Assembly (NCBI GenBank): GCA_963734635.1
Contig: CAVTIA010000002.1
Coordinates: forward strand, 486,406 to 550,405
Reading direction: 5' to 3'
DNA length: 64,000 nucleotides
From: an uncultured Acidobacteriota bacterium
GTDB taxonomy: Bacteria; Acidobacteriota; Vicinamibacteria; Vicinamibacterales; UBA2999
Shown here: positions 33,029 to 42,616 of the stretch, in pieces
Layout of the letters: every line of letters starts with the position of its first letter
Position numbering within the stretch: the stretch's first letter is position 1
Notes under the pieces: generated by a model
The model's input: only the letters and a program-made list of their open reading frames with translations
What the model was told of the DNA's origin: nothing
The model's database searches: none
Position numbers and translations under genes: made by a program

Positions 33029-36000
33029 ATGTGTACGAGTTCGGTCAGACGGTTCGTACGTGCGGCGTTCGTGATCGCATTCATAGCGCTACCGGTCCTG
33101 GTTTCCGCCCAGGACGCGACGATTACGGGGACGGTCACCGATACGACAGGCGGGGTGCTGCCTGGCGTCACGGTCACCGTGGTGAATGAAGCATCGGGCA
33201 TCACCTTCGAGTCGGTCACCGACGAACGCGGCGTGTTCCGGATGCCGGCGCGCATCGGGAACTACCGCGTCACGGCGGCGCTGACCGGCTTCACCGATGT
33301 GGTACGGACCGGGCTACCGGTCGCTGTCGGCCAGGTCGTGACGATCAACCTGCAGATGGCGCCGTCAGGACTCCAGGAATCGGTCACGGTGACAGGCGAG
33401 GCGCCGCTGCTCGACGTCAGCAGCTCGAGCCTCGGCACCAACATCTCGCAGGCCCAGATGGAGGAGCTGCCGCTCAACGGCCGGAACTGGCAGGACCTCG
33501 GGATGCTGGCGCTCGGAAGCCGCGTCAACGGGGTCGGCACCAACGAAATCGCGGCCGAAGGAAGCGGCACGTATCAGGTCAACGTCGACGGACAGCAGGT
33601 GACGTACTGGGGCGGAGGCCTGGGGAACGTGCAGCCGCGCTTCAGCCGCGATGCGATTGCGGAGTTCGAGTTCATCGCCAACCGGTTCGACGCCACCCAG
33701 GGCCGTTCGCAGGGGATCCAGATCAACGCCGTGACCAAGGGCGGCACCAACAACTACCTGGGAACCTTTGGCGGGTATTTCCGGGACGACAGCCTGAACG
33801 CCGCCGACAAGATCGTCAACCGGGTGCTGCCGTACTCGAATCAGCAGCTCAGCACGACGCATGGCGGCCCGATTCTGCAGGACAGGTTTCACTACTTCGC
33901 CAACTACGAGTACGAGCGCGAGCCATGGACTACGGTGTTCACGACGCCCTACTCCGCGTTCAACCTGGAATTCACGGAGCCGCGAAAAGAGCACAAGTCG
34001 GGCCTGCGGCTCGACTATCAGTTCAACCCGAGCCTGAGAGCGACGGTTCGCGGATCGATGTGGCAGAACGACCAGAGTCTCGACCAGGCGTTCTCGGCAA
34101 CCGGCACCAACCACCCCTCGTTCCTCGTCCAGACGTATCGCGACAGCGATCAGATCCAGCTCGCGCTGACGCAGGTGCTGGGAAGCAGGGCCGTGAACGA
34201 CTTCAAGAGCGGATACGTCGGGATTCGAAACCGCGAGTCCTCACGCGTACCGTGGGAGAACCACCCCGCCGCCCGGACCGACGGCATCACGAACGGCTCG
34301 CCGATCATCACAATGAACGGCTTCAGGTTCGGGCCGCCTGGAAGCGTTCCGCAGGAGATCCAGGAAGGCAAGTGGTCGTTCCGGAACGACTTCACGGTTT
34401 CGGTGAACAAAGCTCGGACGCCACGACTTCAAGATTGGCGGCGAGTACATCAAGAACTCGTGGTGGCTGATGATCTGCCGCGACTGCACCGGCATCTACG
34501 ATGCGCAAGGCGGGACGGCGGCGGATCAGGCCGCGATTCAGGCCGCCCTGCCCCGGCTCTTCCCGACGTGGGACAGTCCCGATACCTGGAACCTGAACGC
34601 GCTGAACCCGATCGTCCGGCGTTACACGCAGGGGATCGGCGACTTCACGTTTTCGGTGGACCGCCATGTGGCGGCCGGCTGGATCCAGGACGACTGGCAG
34701 GTGTCGTCGAACCTGACGCTCAATCTCGGTGTGCGCTATGACCTGGCGCTCAACGGCTTCGGGGAGGATTACGACTTCCAGCCGTGGGTCAATGCCGGAC
34801 GGTCGAACGACACGAACAACATCCAGCCTCGATTCGGTTTCGCCTACCGGCTTGGCGAGCAGACCGTGCTTCGGGGCGGCATCGGGAAGTACTTCGGCGA
34901 AGTCACGGATCAGTCGGCACACGGCACCGTGTCGTGGCGGAACATTGTCGGCGTCGAGATCCTGAACGACGGGCGTCCGGATTTTGCGAGCAACCCCTTC
35001 AACGGACCGCAGCCGACCTACGACCAACTGGTTCTGCGGACGTGCTGGGATCAGAAGGTGAACCAGGGGGGCGCGCGGCCCGGGTGCATCCGCCGCACGG
35101 TCGGCAACAACCTCTCCAGCCCCAATTCGCAGTACCCGCATTCCTGGCAGGGATCGATTGGCTTCCAGCGGCAGTTGAGCAACTCGATGGCCGTGGAGGC
35201 CGACTACGTCTACTGGGCGAGCGCGCACAACGTCATCGGGAACGTCAACATCAACCAGTCGTTCAACGCCGCTACGGGACTGCCGAATGCGACCACCAAC
35301 GTTGCACTGCTGCCGTTCCCCGAGTGGGGCAACGTCGCCATGCGGAACCACACGCTGGGCTACGATTCCAAGAACCACTCGGTGCAGGTGGGACTCACCA
35401 AGCGTTTGAGCAACCGCTGGCAGGCGTCGGCCAGCTACCTGTGGGTACGCGATTTCGCCAGGGACACTCCCCCGCTGCTGCCGGACCTGCCTGGCATTCC
35501 AGAGGCGCGAGACTGCACGTACCCGGTTACGTGGACGGCTGACCGCTCGCGATGGGTCTGCGATGTGCCGGTGAACTTCCGCGCCTTCGGGGTTCCCATC
35601 TACGACGAGGAATGGTACGTGACGGGACATCAGGTCCACCGCGCGACCTTCAACGCTATATACGAGCTGCCGTACGGCATGCAGGTCAGCGGGCTGTATT
35701 TCTACGGCGACAACGGAAAGGAGACGACGACGTCCGGCGTCGACGTACTTGCCGTCGGCGGCGTTGTCGCGAATCGCACACGAAGAGATCGCTCGGTCAT
35801 CCCGCGTTACAACTTCGAACGGAAGGACCTGCACCGCGTGGACGTGCGGTTCTCACGGCGCTTCTCCCTCAACGGCCGATTCTCGTTCGAACCGCTCGTC
35901 GAGGTGTTCAACCTCTTCAACCGGGCCAACTTCAACACGTGGAACCTGAACGAGAGCAACAGCAACTTCGGACAGCCGCAGCAGGGCGCTGGCGGCAACA

Positions 36001-36065
36001 GCGGCGCCGGTGGAACCGCGTTCCAGCCGCGCGTCGTCCAGCTCGGCTTTAGGGCCACGTTCTAA
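33029..36065 (+). pseudogene. TonB-dependent receptor with N-terminal carboxypeptidase-regulatory-like domain (copy 1), single frameshift at an AAA run (34409-34411)
   Basis: ITGTVTDTTGGVLPGVTVTVVNEASG..., the plug region LPLNGRNWQDL and the C-terminal barrel end QLGFRATF. ORF 33029..34741 and ORF 34470..36065 join as ...FTVSVNK/LGRHDFKIGGEY if one A is removed. Confidence 0.85.
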
Positions 36066-36071
36066 ACAACG

Positions 36072-36184
36072 CCCAACCTCCACTTCCCAACTCCCAATAG
36101 CAGGACGGGGAGTGGGAGTTTGGGAGTTGGTAGTTGGGCATTGGGAGTTGAGAGACGACCGAGCGGGATACAATTTCCGCTCGG
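36072..36184 (+). terminator. structured region after receptor 1: a C-rich/G-rich imperfect long hairpin with TGGGAGTT-like direct repeats, then a perfect 8-bp hairpin
   Basis: ccaacctccacttcccaactccc ... gggagtgggagtttgggagttggtagttgggcattgggagtt, then ccgagcgg-gatacaattt-ccgctcgg (36159-36184). Confidence 0.45.
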
Positions 36185-36244
36185 CCCCATACTGAGAGGC
36201 GGCCTCGACGGCCTGCCGTGTCTGAGTCGACAGGAGCTACATAC

Positions 36245-37243
36245 ATGAAGATGACGCATCGTCCCGTGACAGTCGTGCTCGGCGGGCTGCTCTCGGTCGC
36301 ACTACTGCAGACCCCGGGGAACGCACAGGGGCGGCAGGGCGGCCAGGCGGGCGCCCCGGCGAATGAGACCCTGAGCCAGAGCTACCGCGGCAGCAAGGCG
36401 CGCGACTGGGAGTTCCAGAAGGTGGCGCCGATCAAGGTGTTCGACAACCTGTATTACGTCGGACCCGGCAACGTCTCCGTCTGGCTGATCCAGACGACCG
36501 ACGGTCTGGTCGTGTTCGACTCGACGCAGGAGCCGCTGGTCGATCACGTGCTGGACAGCATCCGCAAGGTCGGCTTCGATCCGAAGAACATCCGATACAT
36601 CTTCCTTACGCACGGGCATCTCGATCACTTCGGCGGCACCGGCAAGCTGAAGCAAGCGGCCCCGGCGGCGCGGATTGCGACGCTCGAGGAAGACTGGCAG
36701 CTGATCGAGACGTTCTACAAGAACGCAGCGTCGGGTCGCGGCGGCAACAACCCGAATGCCCGTGACCCCGGCATCCCGTTCGCTCGCGATCTCGTGATCA
36801 AGGAAGGGGACGTCATCACCGTCGGCAAGACCGAGATCAAGGTGTACAAGCTACCGGGCCATACAGCGGGCTCACCCTCGTTCACGTTCACCGTGTTCGA
36901 CAACGGCCGGCCGCACAAGGCGCTAATCTTCGGAGGACCGGGTCAGCGCAACGGCGTCGAGGGCGGCACCCAGTTCCTCGAGAGCATCCGCCGACTGAAA
37001 GGCAAGGAGTTTGCGGATGTGGAAGTGCCGGTGCACGTTCACAGCTGGCTGACAACCTATCCGGATGAGCGAGGCGGCACTGTCTTCGAGCCTGCGATGC
37101 AACTGGCCAAGCGGCAGGCCGGGCAGCCGCATCCCTTCGTGATTCCGGACATGTGGAAGAAATGGCTCGACCGGGCGGAGGCGGGGACGATCAAGTACGT
37201 CGAGGAAGCCAAGGCGGGCAAGGCCGCCCCGGTTTCGAACTGA
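36245..37243 (+). CDS. secreted MBL-fold metallo-hydrolase (subclass B3 beta-lactamase-like layout)
   Basis: NLYYVGPGNVSVWLIQTTDGLVVFDS...IFLTHGHLDHFGG (HxHxDH)...PGHTAGS. A signal peptide is present, and AGGAG lies 9 nt before the ATG at 36245. Confidence 0.75.
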   Translation: MKMTHRPVTVVLGGLLSVALLQTPGNAQGRQGGQAGAPANETLSQSYRGSKARDWEFQKVAPIKVFDNLYYVGPGNVSVWLIQTTDGLVVFDSTQEPLVDHVLDSIRKVGFDPKNIRYIFLTHGHLDHFGGTGKLKQAAPAARIATLEEDWQLIETFYKNAASGRGGNNPNARDPGIPFARDLVIKEGDVITVGKTEIKVYKLPGHTAGSPSFTFTVFDNGRPHKALIFGGPGQRNGVEGGTQFLESIRRLKGKEFADVEVPVHVHSWLTTYPDERGGTVFEPAMQLAKRQAGQPHPFVIPDMWKKWLDRAEAGTIKYVEEAKAGKAAPVSN

Positions 37244-37275
37244 ATCACGCGTAGGGCGGGCCTTACGGCCCGCCC
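37243..37275. repeat. REP-like stem-loop, family D (AATCACGCGTAGGGCGGGCC-TTAC-GGCCCGCCC)
   Basis: Read directly. A second copy with the same leader, CAATCACGCGTAGGGCGGG, lies at 43152-43186. Confidence 0.8.
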
Positions 37276-37384
37276 ACCATGCCAGATCCATACGCCACGA
37301 TCGGTCAGCGCATCGTTGTGGCGCTTGTCGCGCTGCTCGCCTTCCCGTGTCGGCCCGGACGCAGAAGATCGTTCTTGGCGGGCG

Positions 37385-38644
37385 TCAGCTGCTCCGCGGT
37401 TTGCGCAGTGGCCTGAAGCCCGCGCGCACGTCCTCTGACAAGAGTTGTGGCTGTTCCCACGCCGCGAAGTGCCCACCTTTGTCGTGCTTCTTGTAGTAGA
37501 TGAGTTTGGGATACGCCCGTTCTGCCCAACTCCGCGGGGCTTGGTAGATCTCGTCAGGGAAGGAGCTCACCGCAACCGGGATGGAAACGTTCTGCGGGAG
37601 GAAGAACGGGACCTTGCCTTCGGGCACGTCTCCGAAGTTTTCCCAATAGAGACGAGCCCCAGAGATAGCCGTGTTCGTCAACCAGGTCAGAGTGACGTTA
37701 TCGAGGACATCGTCGCGGGTAAGGCCTTCGGGATGTCCGTCAAAGACGCGTGAGATCAGCTTGAGACTGCGGTCGTCGTGATCAAGAAACCAGGCCGCCA
37801 GGCCGACGGGTGAATCCGCAATCCCGTAAAGCGTCTGTGGACGTTGCCCCATCTCGATGACGTAGCCCAGGCCGTGCTTGTTGATAAAGACCAGTTGGTC
37901 GTACGCGCGTCGTTCGTCGGCTGAGAGATCGGCAGGCGGTTGTGAGCCGGCCTGGGCCGCTCTGGCGATGTCGGGTGGCACCGTGAAAGGCAGGTTCGTG
38001 TGAATGCCGAGCAACTCCGGAGGCGCCTGTGCAGCCATCACATCCACAACGATCGCGCCCCAGTCGCCGCCCTGCGCGACAAATCGCGTGTAGCCGAGGC
38101 GCTTCATCAGCTCAACCCAGGCACGTGCGATGCGGGCGACGTCCCAGCCGGTGGTGGTGGGCCTGCCTGAAAACCCATAGCCCGGAATGGACGGAATCAC
38201 CAGATGGAACGCGTCCGATGCGCTCACGCCATGTGCCGTGGGATTGGTCAGTGGATCGACAATCTTCAGCTGCTCGACGACCGAGCCGGGCCATCCGTGC
38301 GTGACGATCAGCGGCAATGCATCTTCATGTTTCGAACGAACGTGAATGAAATGAATGTCCAGCCCGTCAATCTCGGTGATGAAATTCGGTAGGGCGTTCA
38401 GTCTCGCCTCGCACTTGCGCCAATCGTAGTCGGTCGCCCAGTAGCGCGCGAGTTTTTGAATCGTCGCGAGCTGCACGCCTTGCGACTGGTCCGTGACCGT
38501 TTCCCGTTCAGGCCACTTTGTCGCGTTGATGCGCCTGCGCAATTCGGTTAATTCCGCTTCGGGAACGTTCACACGAAACGGCCGAATCGCATCCTTGTCA
38601 GCGGCAGGCTTGCTGCGTTCTTGTGTAGCACTGGCTGTAGCCAT
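37385..38644 (-). CDS. epoxide hydrolase (microsomal-type N-terminal domain plus alpha/beta hydrolase fold)
   Basis: IRPFRVNVPEAELTELRRRINATKWPE...LDIHFIHVRS...LIVTHGWPGSV...HFAAWEQP. The start was set at the internal ATG at 38644. Confidence 0.85.
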   Translation of the reverse strand: MATASATQERSKPAADKDAIRPFRVNVPEAELTELRRRINATKWPERETVTDQSQGVQLATIQKLARYWATDYDWRKCEARLNALPNFITEIDGLDIHFIHVRSKHEDALPLIVTHGWPGSVVEQLKIVDPLTNPTAHGVSASDAFHLVIPSIPGYGFSGRPTTTGWDVARIARAWVELMKRLGYTRFVAQGGDWGAIVVDVMAAQAPPELLGIHTNLPFTVPPDIARAAQAGSQPPADLSADERRAYDQLVFINKHGLGYVIEMGQRPQTLYGIADSPVGLAAWFLDHDDRSLKLISRVFDGHPEGLTRDDVLDNVTLTWLTNTAISGARLYWENFGDVPEGKVPFFLPQNVSIPVAVSSFPDEIYQAPRSWAERAYPKLIYYKKHDKGGHFAAWEQPQLLSEDVRAGFRPLRKPRSS

Positions 38645-39005
38645 GGCGTCGTTCTCCCAATATTCAGATCCCACGACATGCCGCGAGCGCCTTTGCATGT
38701 CGCGGACGCTCTCGTGCAGTGCGAGGCGATACGCTCGATTGAGTCGTGTTTTCGTTGAACAACTTGCGGCCACGCGTAGCGTGAGGAAAAGCCCGCCAGC
38801 AAATGAAATGCCCGTCGTTCCGCGTGATCCCTCGATCGAGCGATGTTCGAAGCAGCCCAGACGTGCTTGCCACGATGGAAGACGCTGGAGTCAGCTGATA
38901 CTCGCGGCGAACGCCACAGAGTACGAGCGAAAGGAGCGTTCCCGGCGTGCTGAGCCGGCACCGGCGGGACGAGAGGCGCGCGGCTGACGAATCGGTCGTG
39001 GTCCC

Positions 39006-39107
39006 GTCCGGCTGAAGCCGGACACTACGTACGACTTCGCGCGGTCCGGCTAAAGCCGGACACTACGTACGATCGTGCCAGTCCGGCTCAAGCCGGACAT
39101 TACGTAC
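39006..39107. repeat. REP-like stem-loops, family A, three tandem copies (GTCCGGCT-NAA-GCCGGAC-ACTACGTAC)
   Basis: gtccggctgaagccggacactacgtac, gtccggctaaagccggacactacgtac and gtccggctcaagccggacattacgtac were read directly. Further copies lie at 12222-12282. Confidence 0.9.
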
Positions 39108-39117
39108 ACGAATCAGG

Positions 39118-40179
39118 TCAGGGTCGCAGCGACGCGACGTAGGCGGAAATGGCGATCAGATCGTCCTCGGTCAGCTTCTCCACCGCCGGCTTCATCGCCT
39201 TTGCCATGTCGCCGTTCCGCGCGCCCACCTGGAAGTCGTAGAGCTGGCGTGCCATGTACCCGGGATGTCGTCCGGCAAGCGGCGGGGCGACTGGCGTGCC
39301 GCGCATGTCAGGGCCATGGCACGTGCCGCACGCCTGCGTCTTGCCGTTGCCGCCGGTCATTACGAGGTTCTGGCCCGCCTTGATGCTGCCGGGCGGCACG
39401 TACGCGGCCATGCCGACGCGCGGATTGCGCAGCATGTTCGCCTGGTAGCTGTCCTCGGGCATCTCCACGATGCGCCTGCCGATCGGTTCGGTCTCGTTCC
39501 CCTCGGCTTTCAGGAACAGGCCGTTGATCGTGGCGGTGAAGCGAGGCACCGTCTCGGATTCGACGACGCGGATCCACGGCTTGAACGTGAGCGAGGCGAA
39601 GTACTCCGCAGCCTGCTGCGCCTCCTGCGGCGTCAGGTTACGGGCCATGGCGGCCATTTCCCACGCGTTCGCCTTGTTGATGTCTGCGCTCTTCCGCTTG
39701 CCGTTTGCCATTTCCGTCAGCTGGCGCAGAAAGTAGTCGACGCGCAGGCCCGCCACCGGACCGTTCTGCATCAGCCCCTGGCCGTTGGGATAGTGGCAGA
39801 TCGCGCAGGCACGGAAGCGCTGCGATTCCTTCCCGTGCGCGACGATGTCCGGCATCGGCGGGTGATCTTCGGGATACCAGTCGGCTGGCTTGTACGGCGA
39901 GGTGATCTCGGCGACGCTGAAGTACTTGCCGGTGCCCGGAATCGTCAGCTTCTCACCCGTGGTGTCGGCCGGCATCCCACCCGGCCGATCGCAGTCGCGC
40001 GGCGTGCTGCCCGGGCACCGGTTCGACCAGTCCTGCGGCGCCGGCGGCACCGTCTTGTAACCGTAGGCCCACAGCGGGAACCCGGGCTCGAGCGCGAGAA
40101 ACCGGACCCCCTGTGCCAGCAGCCCGGTTCCACTTGCAAGGGCGACGACGAAAACCAGCAGACCAGCGCGCTTCGCCAT
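39118..40179 (-). CDS. secreted di-heme c-type cytochrome
   Basis: CAICHYPNGQG and CGTCHGPDMRG (two CxxCH motifs). Signal peptide MAKRAGLLVFVVALASGTGLLAQG. It lies 13 nt downstream of the cupin gene. Confidence 0.8.
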   Translation of the reverse strand: MAKRAGLLVFVVALASGTGLLAQGVRFLALEPGFPLWAYGYKTVPPAPQDWSNRCPGSTPRDCDRPGGMPADTTGEKLTIPGTGKYFSVAEITSPYKPADWYPEDHPPMPDIVAHGKESQRFRACAICHYPNGQGLMQNGPVAGLRVDYFLRQLTEMANGKRKSADINKANAWEMAAMARNLTPQEAQQAAEYFASLTFKPWIRVVESETVPRFTATINGLFLKAEGNETEPIGRRIVEMPEDSYQANMLRNPRVGMAAYVPPGSIKAGQNLVMTGGNGKTQACGTCHGPDMRGTPVAPPLAGRHPGYMARQLYDFQVGARNGDMAKAMKPAVEKLTEDDLIAISAYVASLRP

Positions 40180-40192
40180 GGGTGTCAGTCTA

Positions 40193-40699
40193 TTACTGCT
40201 TCACACCCCGCGGGAATTCGAACGTCACCATGTAGAGCTCGGGGCTGAAGCCGGTCACCTGGTGCGGCACGCCTTCCGGGATCAGGAGGAAATCGCCCTT
40301 CGTAACCTTGTGGACCGTCCCCCCCTCGATTCTCCGTTCCACCTGATCGCCCTTCTTCGTCTCGACGATCTTGCCTCCGGTCGTGATTTCGCCGTTGCCG
40401 TCGATAATCGCCCACACTTCCCCTTCGGTCGCGTGCGCCGCTGCTCTTTGCGGCGGCCTCCGGCGATCCACCGCCATTCGATACGCGACCCCGCTCGGCG
40501 AGGTCGCCTCGGGACGCTCGACGACGGTGATGTTGGCGTAGGCCACTTCCTGAAGCTTGGCTCGGTGGGCGGCGACGCTGGCCGCCGAGAGGAAATACGC
40601 CTCCCTCGGATTGTTGTTGATGCTCTGCGGACCCTGCTGGCTCGAGGCAACCGAGGCAAGTGTGATGACGAGTGCGGCTGTGACAGCAATGATTCTCAT
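40193..40699 (-). CDS. secreted cupin-domain protein
   Basis: Signal peptide MRIIAVTAALVITLASVASSQ. Cupin beta-barrel text GEVWAIIDGNGEITTGG...VHKVTKGDFLLIPEGVPHQV. Confidence 0.7.
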   Translation of the reverse strand: MRIIAVTAALVITLASVASSQQGPQSINNNPREAYFLSAASVAAHRAKLQEVAYANITVVERPEATSPSGVAYRMAVDRRRPPQRAAAHATEGEVWAIIDGNGEITTGGKIVETKKGDQVERRIEGGTVHKVTKGDFLLIPEGVPHQVTGFSPELYMVTFEFPRGVKQ

Positions 40700-40714
40700 A
40701 TCGATGCTCCTCTG

Positions 40715-40802
40715 CCGGGTCCAAAAGGACGCGGCCGATGTCGCGCGTGCGCGTTGCCGGGTCCTAAGGACGCGGCCTACGGGTTCCAAAGGACCCGGCT
40801 AC
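40715..40802. repeat. REP-like stem-loops, family C, three copies
   Basis: ccgggtccaaaaggacgcggcc, ccgggtcctaaggacgcggcctac and gggttccaaaggacccggctac, lying between paralog 1 and the cupin gene. The last copy overlaps the paralog 1 stop codon. Confidence 0.85.
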
Positions 40803-41776
40803 CTGGGGGGCGTGACGCCCCTGAACCACTTGAAACCGAGCTTGTGCAGCTCGGCGATGGTGTGACCGACGCCCTCGTTACAGGTGTTCTCCCACACCTC
40901 GCGAGCGTACGGGTCGGGATCCACTGTTACGGTGTTGCGCCAGGCGTACTTCCCGGTTGTGTTGTCCGTACCGCCGGTTCCGGCGCGTCTCATCGGGTAG
41001 TTCATCTTCCACGGCCGCGTGTAGATGGTCGGATCTTCCACCGTGAGCTCGTAGTCGATGGTGTTCGCGTCGGCCATCCTGAAGCGCTCGGTCATGCGCG
41101 TGTTTTCGCTGTAGATATTGCCGACGCTGTCGAGCCAATGTTTGCCGTTCAGCCCGGTGACTTCGACGACGAGCGTGTCGCCGTCCCAACGGCCTCGGGA
41201 GTTGCCGCGGAAGAATTTCGCCTGGCCGCCGACATGCGGACGCCCATCGGTCGCAATCACGCGGTGCACCCGGGCGGTCACCATGATCACGCGACCTGGC
41301 TGCTGGATGATTTCCCCGACCGCGCCCCTCGGCCCGATCATCGTGAAGCAGTACGACGCGGGGTCAGCGTAGAGGCGCTGGCCGCTTTCCCCTGGCCATC
41401 CACGAGAGAGTCCGGCGCGATTTTCGTTGCGCCGCGCCAGTGCCCACGCGTTGTACGGGATTTTTCCGTCCGGCGGATCGGATACGAAGCTTTCCTGGGG
41501 CGGCGTGGTGACATCCACGTACCCGTGCTCTTCGATGTCATCGCCTCCCGCTCCGCCCGGTCCGCCCCATGTGCCCTGGAGGTCGGGTACTCCGTCAGGA
41601 GTGCGCGCGGGACGGTACGGCGGCAACGTTGCCTTGTGCGCTGCCCATGTCCTGGCCATCGGCAACCTTGGTGTATTCAGATCGAATCGTGCCTGCGCTG
41701 CGGCAGGACGCAAGGACAGAACCTGCACCGCGAGCGCGGCGACGACAAGAGCAACGGCTGCGAACATGTTTCGCAT
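40799..41776 (-). CDS. uncharacterised secreted protein, 'RTxDG-PD-LQG-W ... RGRW-GDTLVV ... EDP-x-YTRPW' family, long subtype (paralog 1)
   Basis: Signal peptide MRNMFAAVALVVAALAVQVL. Motifs: ARTPDGVPDLQGTW, DGKIPYNAWA, RGRWDGDTLVVEV, WLDSVGNIYSE and TVEDPTIYTRPWKM. I recognise no family. Confidence 0.7.
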   Translation of the reverse strand: MRNMFAAVALVVAALAVQVLSLRPAAAQARFDLNTPRLPMARTWAAHKATLPPYRPARTPDGVPDLQGTWGGPGGAGGDDIEEHGYVDVTTPPQESFVSDPPDGKIPYNAWALARRNENRAGLSRGWPGESGQRLYADPASYCFTMIGPRGAVGEIIQQPGRVIMVTARVHRVIATDGRPHVGGQAKFFRGNSRGRWDGDTLVVEVTGLNGKHWLDSVGNIYSENTRMTERFRMADANTIDYELTVEDPTIYTRPWKMNYPMRRAGTGGTDNTTGKYAWRNTVTVDPDPYAREVWENTCNEGVGHTIAELHKLGFKWFRGVTPPR

Positions 41777-41789
41777 GTTCCAATACCAG

Positions 41790-42608
41790 TTAGTTGAACG
41801 GAATGCCATTCGGTTTGTCCCACGCGTCCTCGAGCAGGTAGGAGAGACATTCATATTCGAGGAGCTCGGCGTTCGCGTCCCGATGTCGATACAAAGGCAT
41901 GCTGATCTTCCAGGGCCTCGTGAATACCTTTGGATCCTCGATCGTGGCCTCGTAGAGCATGTGGTTGGGCCCTGTCGGCGTGTACCGCTCGACGACGTGC
42001 AAGGCCTCGCTGTGAAAGTTGCCTGCACGATCGAGCCACGTCTGATCCGTGAAATGCATGACGTCGACGACCAGCGTATTGCCATCGAAGCGCGCCCGCG
42101 AGTCTCCCATGAACCATTCGATGGGACCCTTCGGATGCGGATTGCCGTTCATGTAGGCAAAGCGAACCGCGCCCAGATACTCGTAGAGAAAGGTGACCTT
42201 GTCGCGCTGCTGCACGATTTGAAACGGGTGCGGCATGTAGGTGATTCGCGGGACACCGGGCAGAAAGCATTTGCTCTCCGTATCGAGCGTGGCGCGGTTC
42301 TGGAAATTCTCCTGCCTCTTCTTGAGGGCCGCGGGTTGATAGGGGATCGCGCCGCCCTCGACAACACCGCGGCCCGCCGGCACGCCGAGGCGCGCGTTGT
42401 GATCTTCGAGATCCCACGCGGCTGTGTTGAGGACCTGCCAGATCCCTTGAAGATCAGGTTGTCCGTCTCGCGTGCGCGGCGGGTTGAACGGCGCGGGCGT
42501 GGCGGTTTGCGCAGCGCCTGTGCCCGTGTCGAGCCAGAGCGACGCGATAACCGTCAGAGCCGCAATTGAGGGAACGAGCCAGCGAGAACGGCGAAGTGTG
42601 GACGACAT
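41790..42608 (-). CDS. uncharacterised secreted protein, same family, short subtype (paralog 2)
   Basis: PRTRDGQPDLQGIWQVLNTAAW, IPYQPAALKKRQENF, KCFLPGVPR, GDSRARFDGNTLVVDV, TWLDRAGNFHSEALHVVERY, TIEDPKVFTRPWKISMP and LEYEC. Confidence 0.7.
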   Translation of the reverse strand: MSSTLRRSRWLVPSIAALTVIASLWLDTGTGAAQTATPAPFNPPRTRDGQPDLQGIWQVLNTAAWDLEDHNARLGVPAGRGVVEGGAIPYQPAALKKRQENFQNRATLDTESKCFLPGVPRITYMPHPFQIVQQRDKVTFLYEYLGAVRFAYMNGNPHPKGPIEWFMGDSRARFDGNTLVVDVMHFTDQTWLDRAGNFHSEALHVVERYTPTGPNHMLYEATIEDPKVFTRPWKISMPLYRHRDANAELLEYECLSYLLEDAWDKPNGIPFN

Positions 42609-42616
42609 GATGCGAG

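Noticed and set aside
34392-35834. 480-aa ORF on the minus strand
   Set aside because: It is antisense to receptor 1. The composition is Arg/Val/Pro-rich and typical of a shadow frame of a high-GC gene.
40178-41797. 539-aa ORF on the plus strand
   Set aside because: It is antisense to the cupin and paralog 1 genes and crosses the REP repeats. It is a shadow frame.
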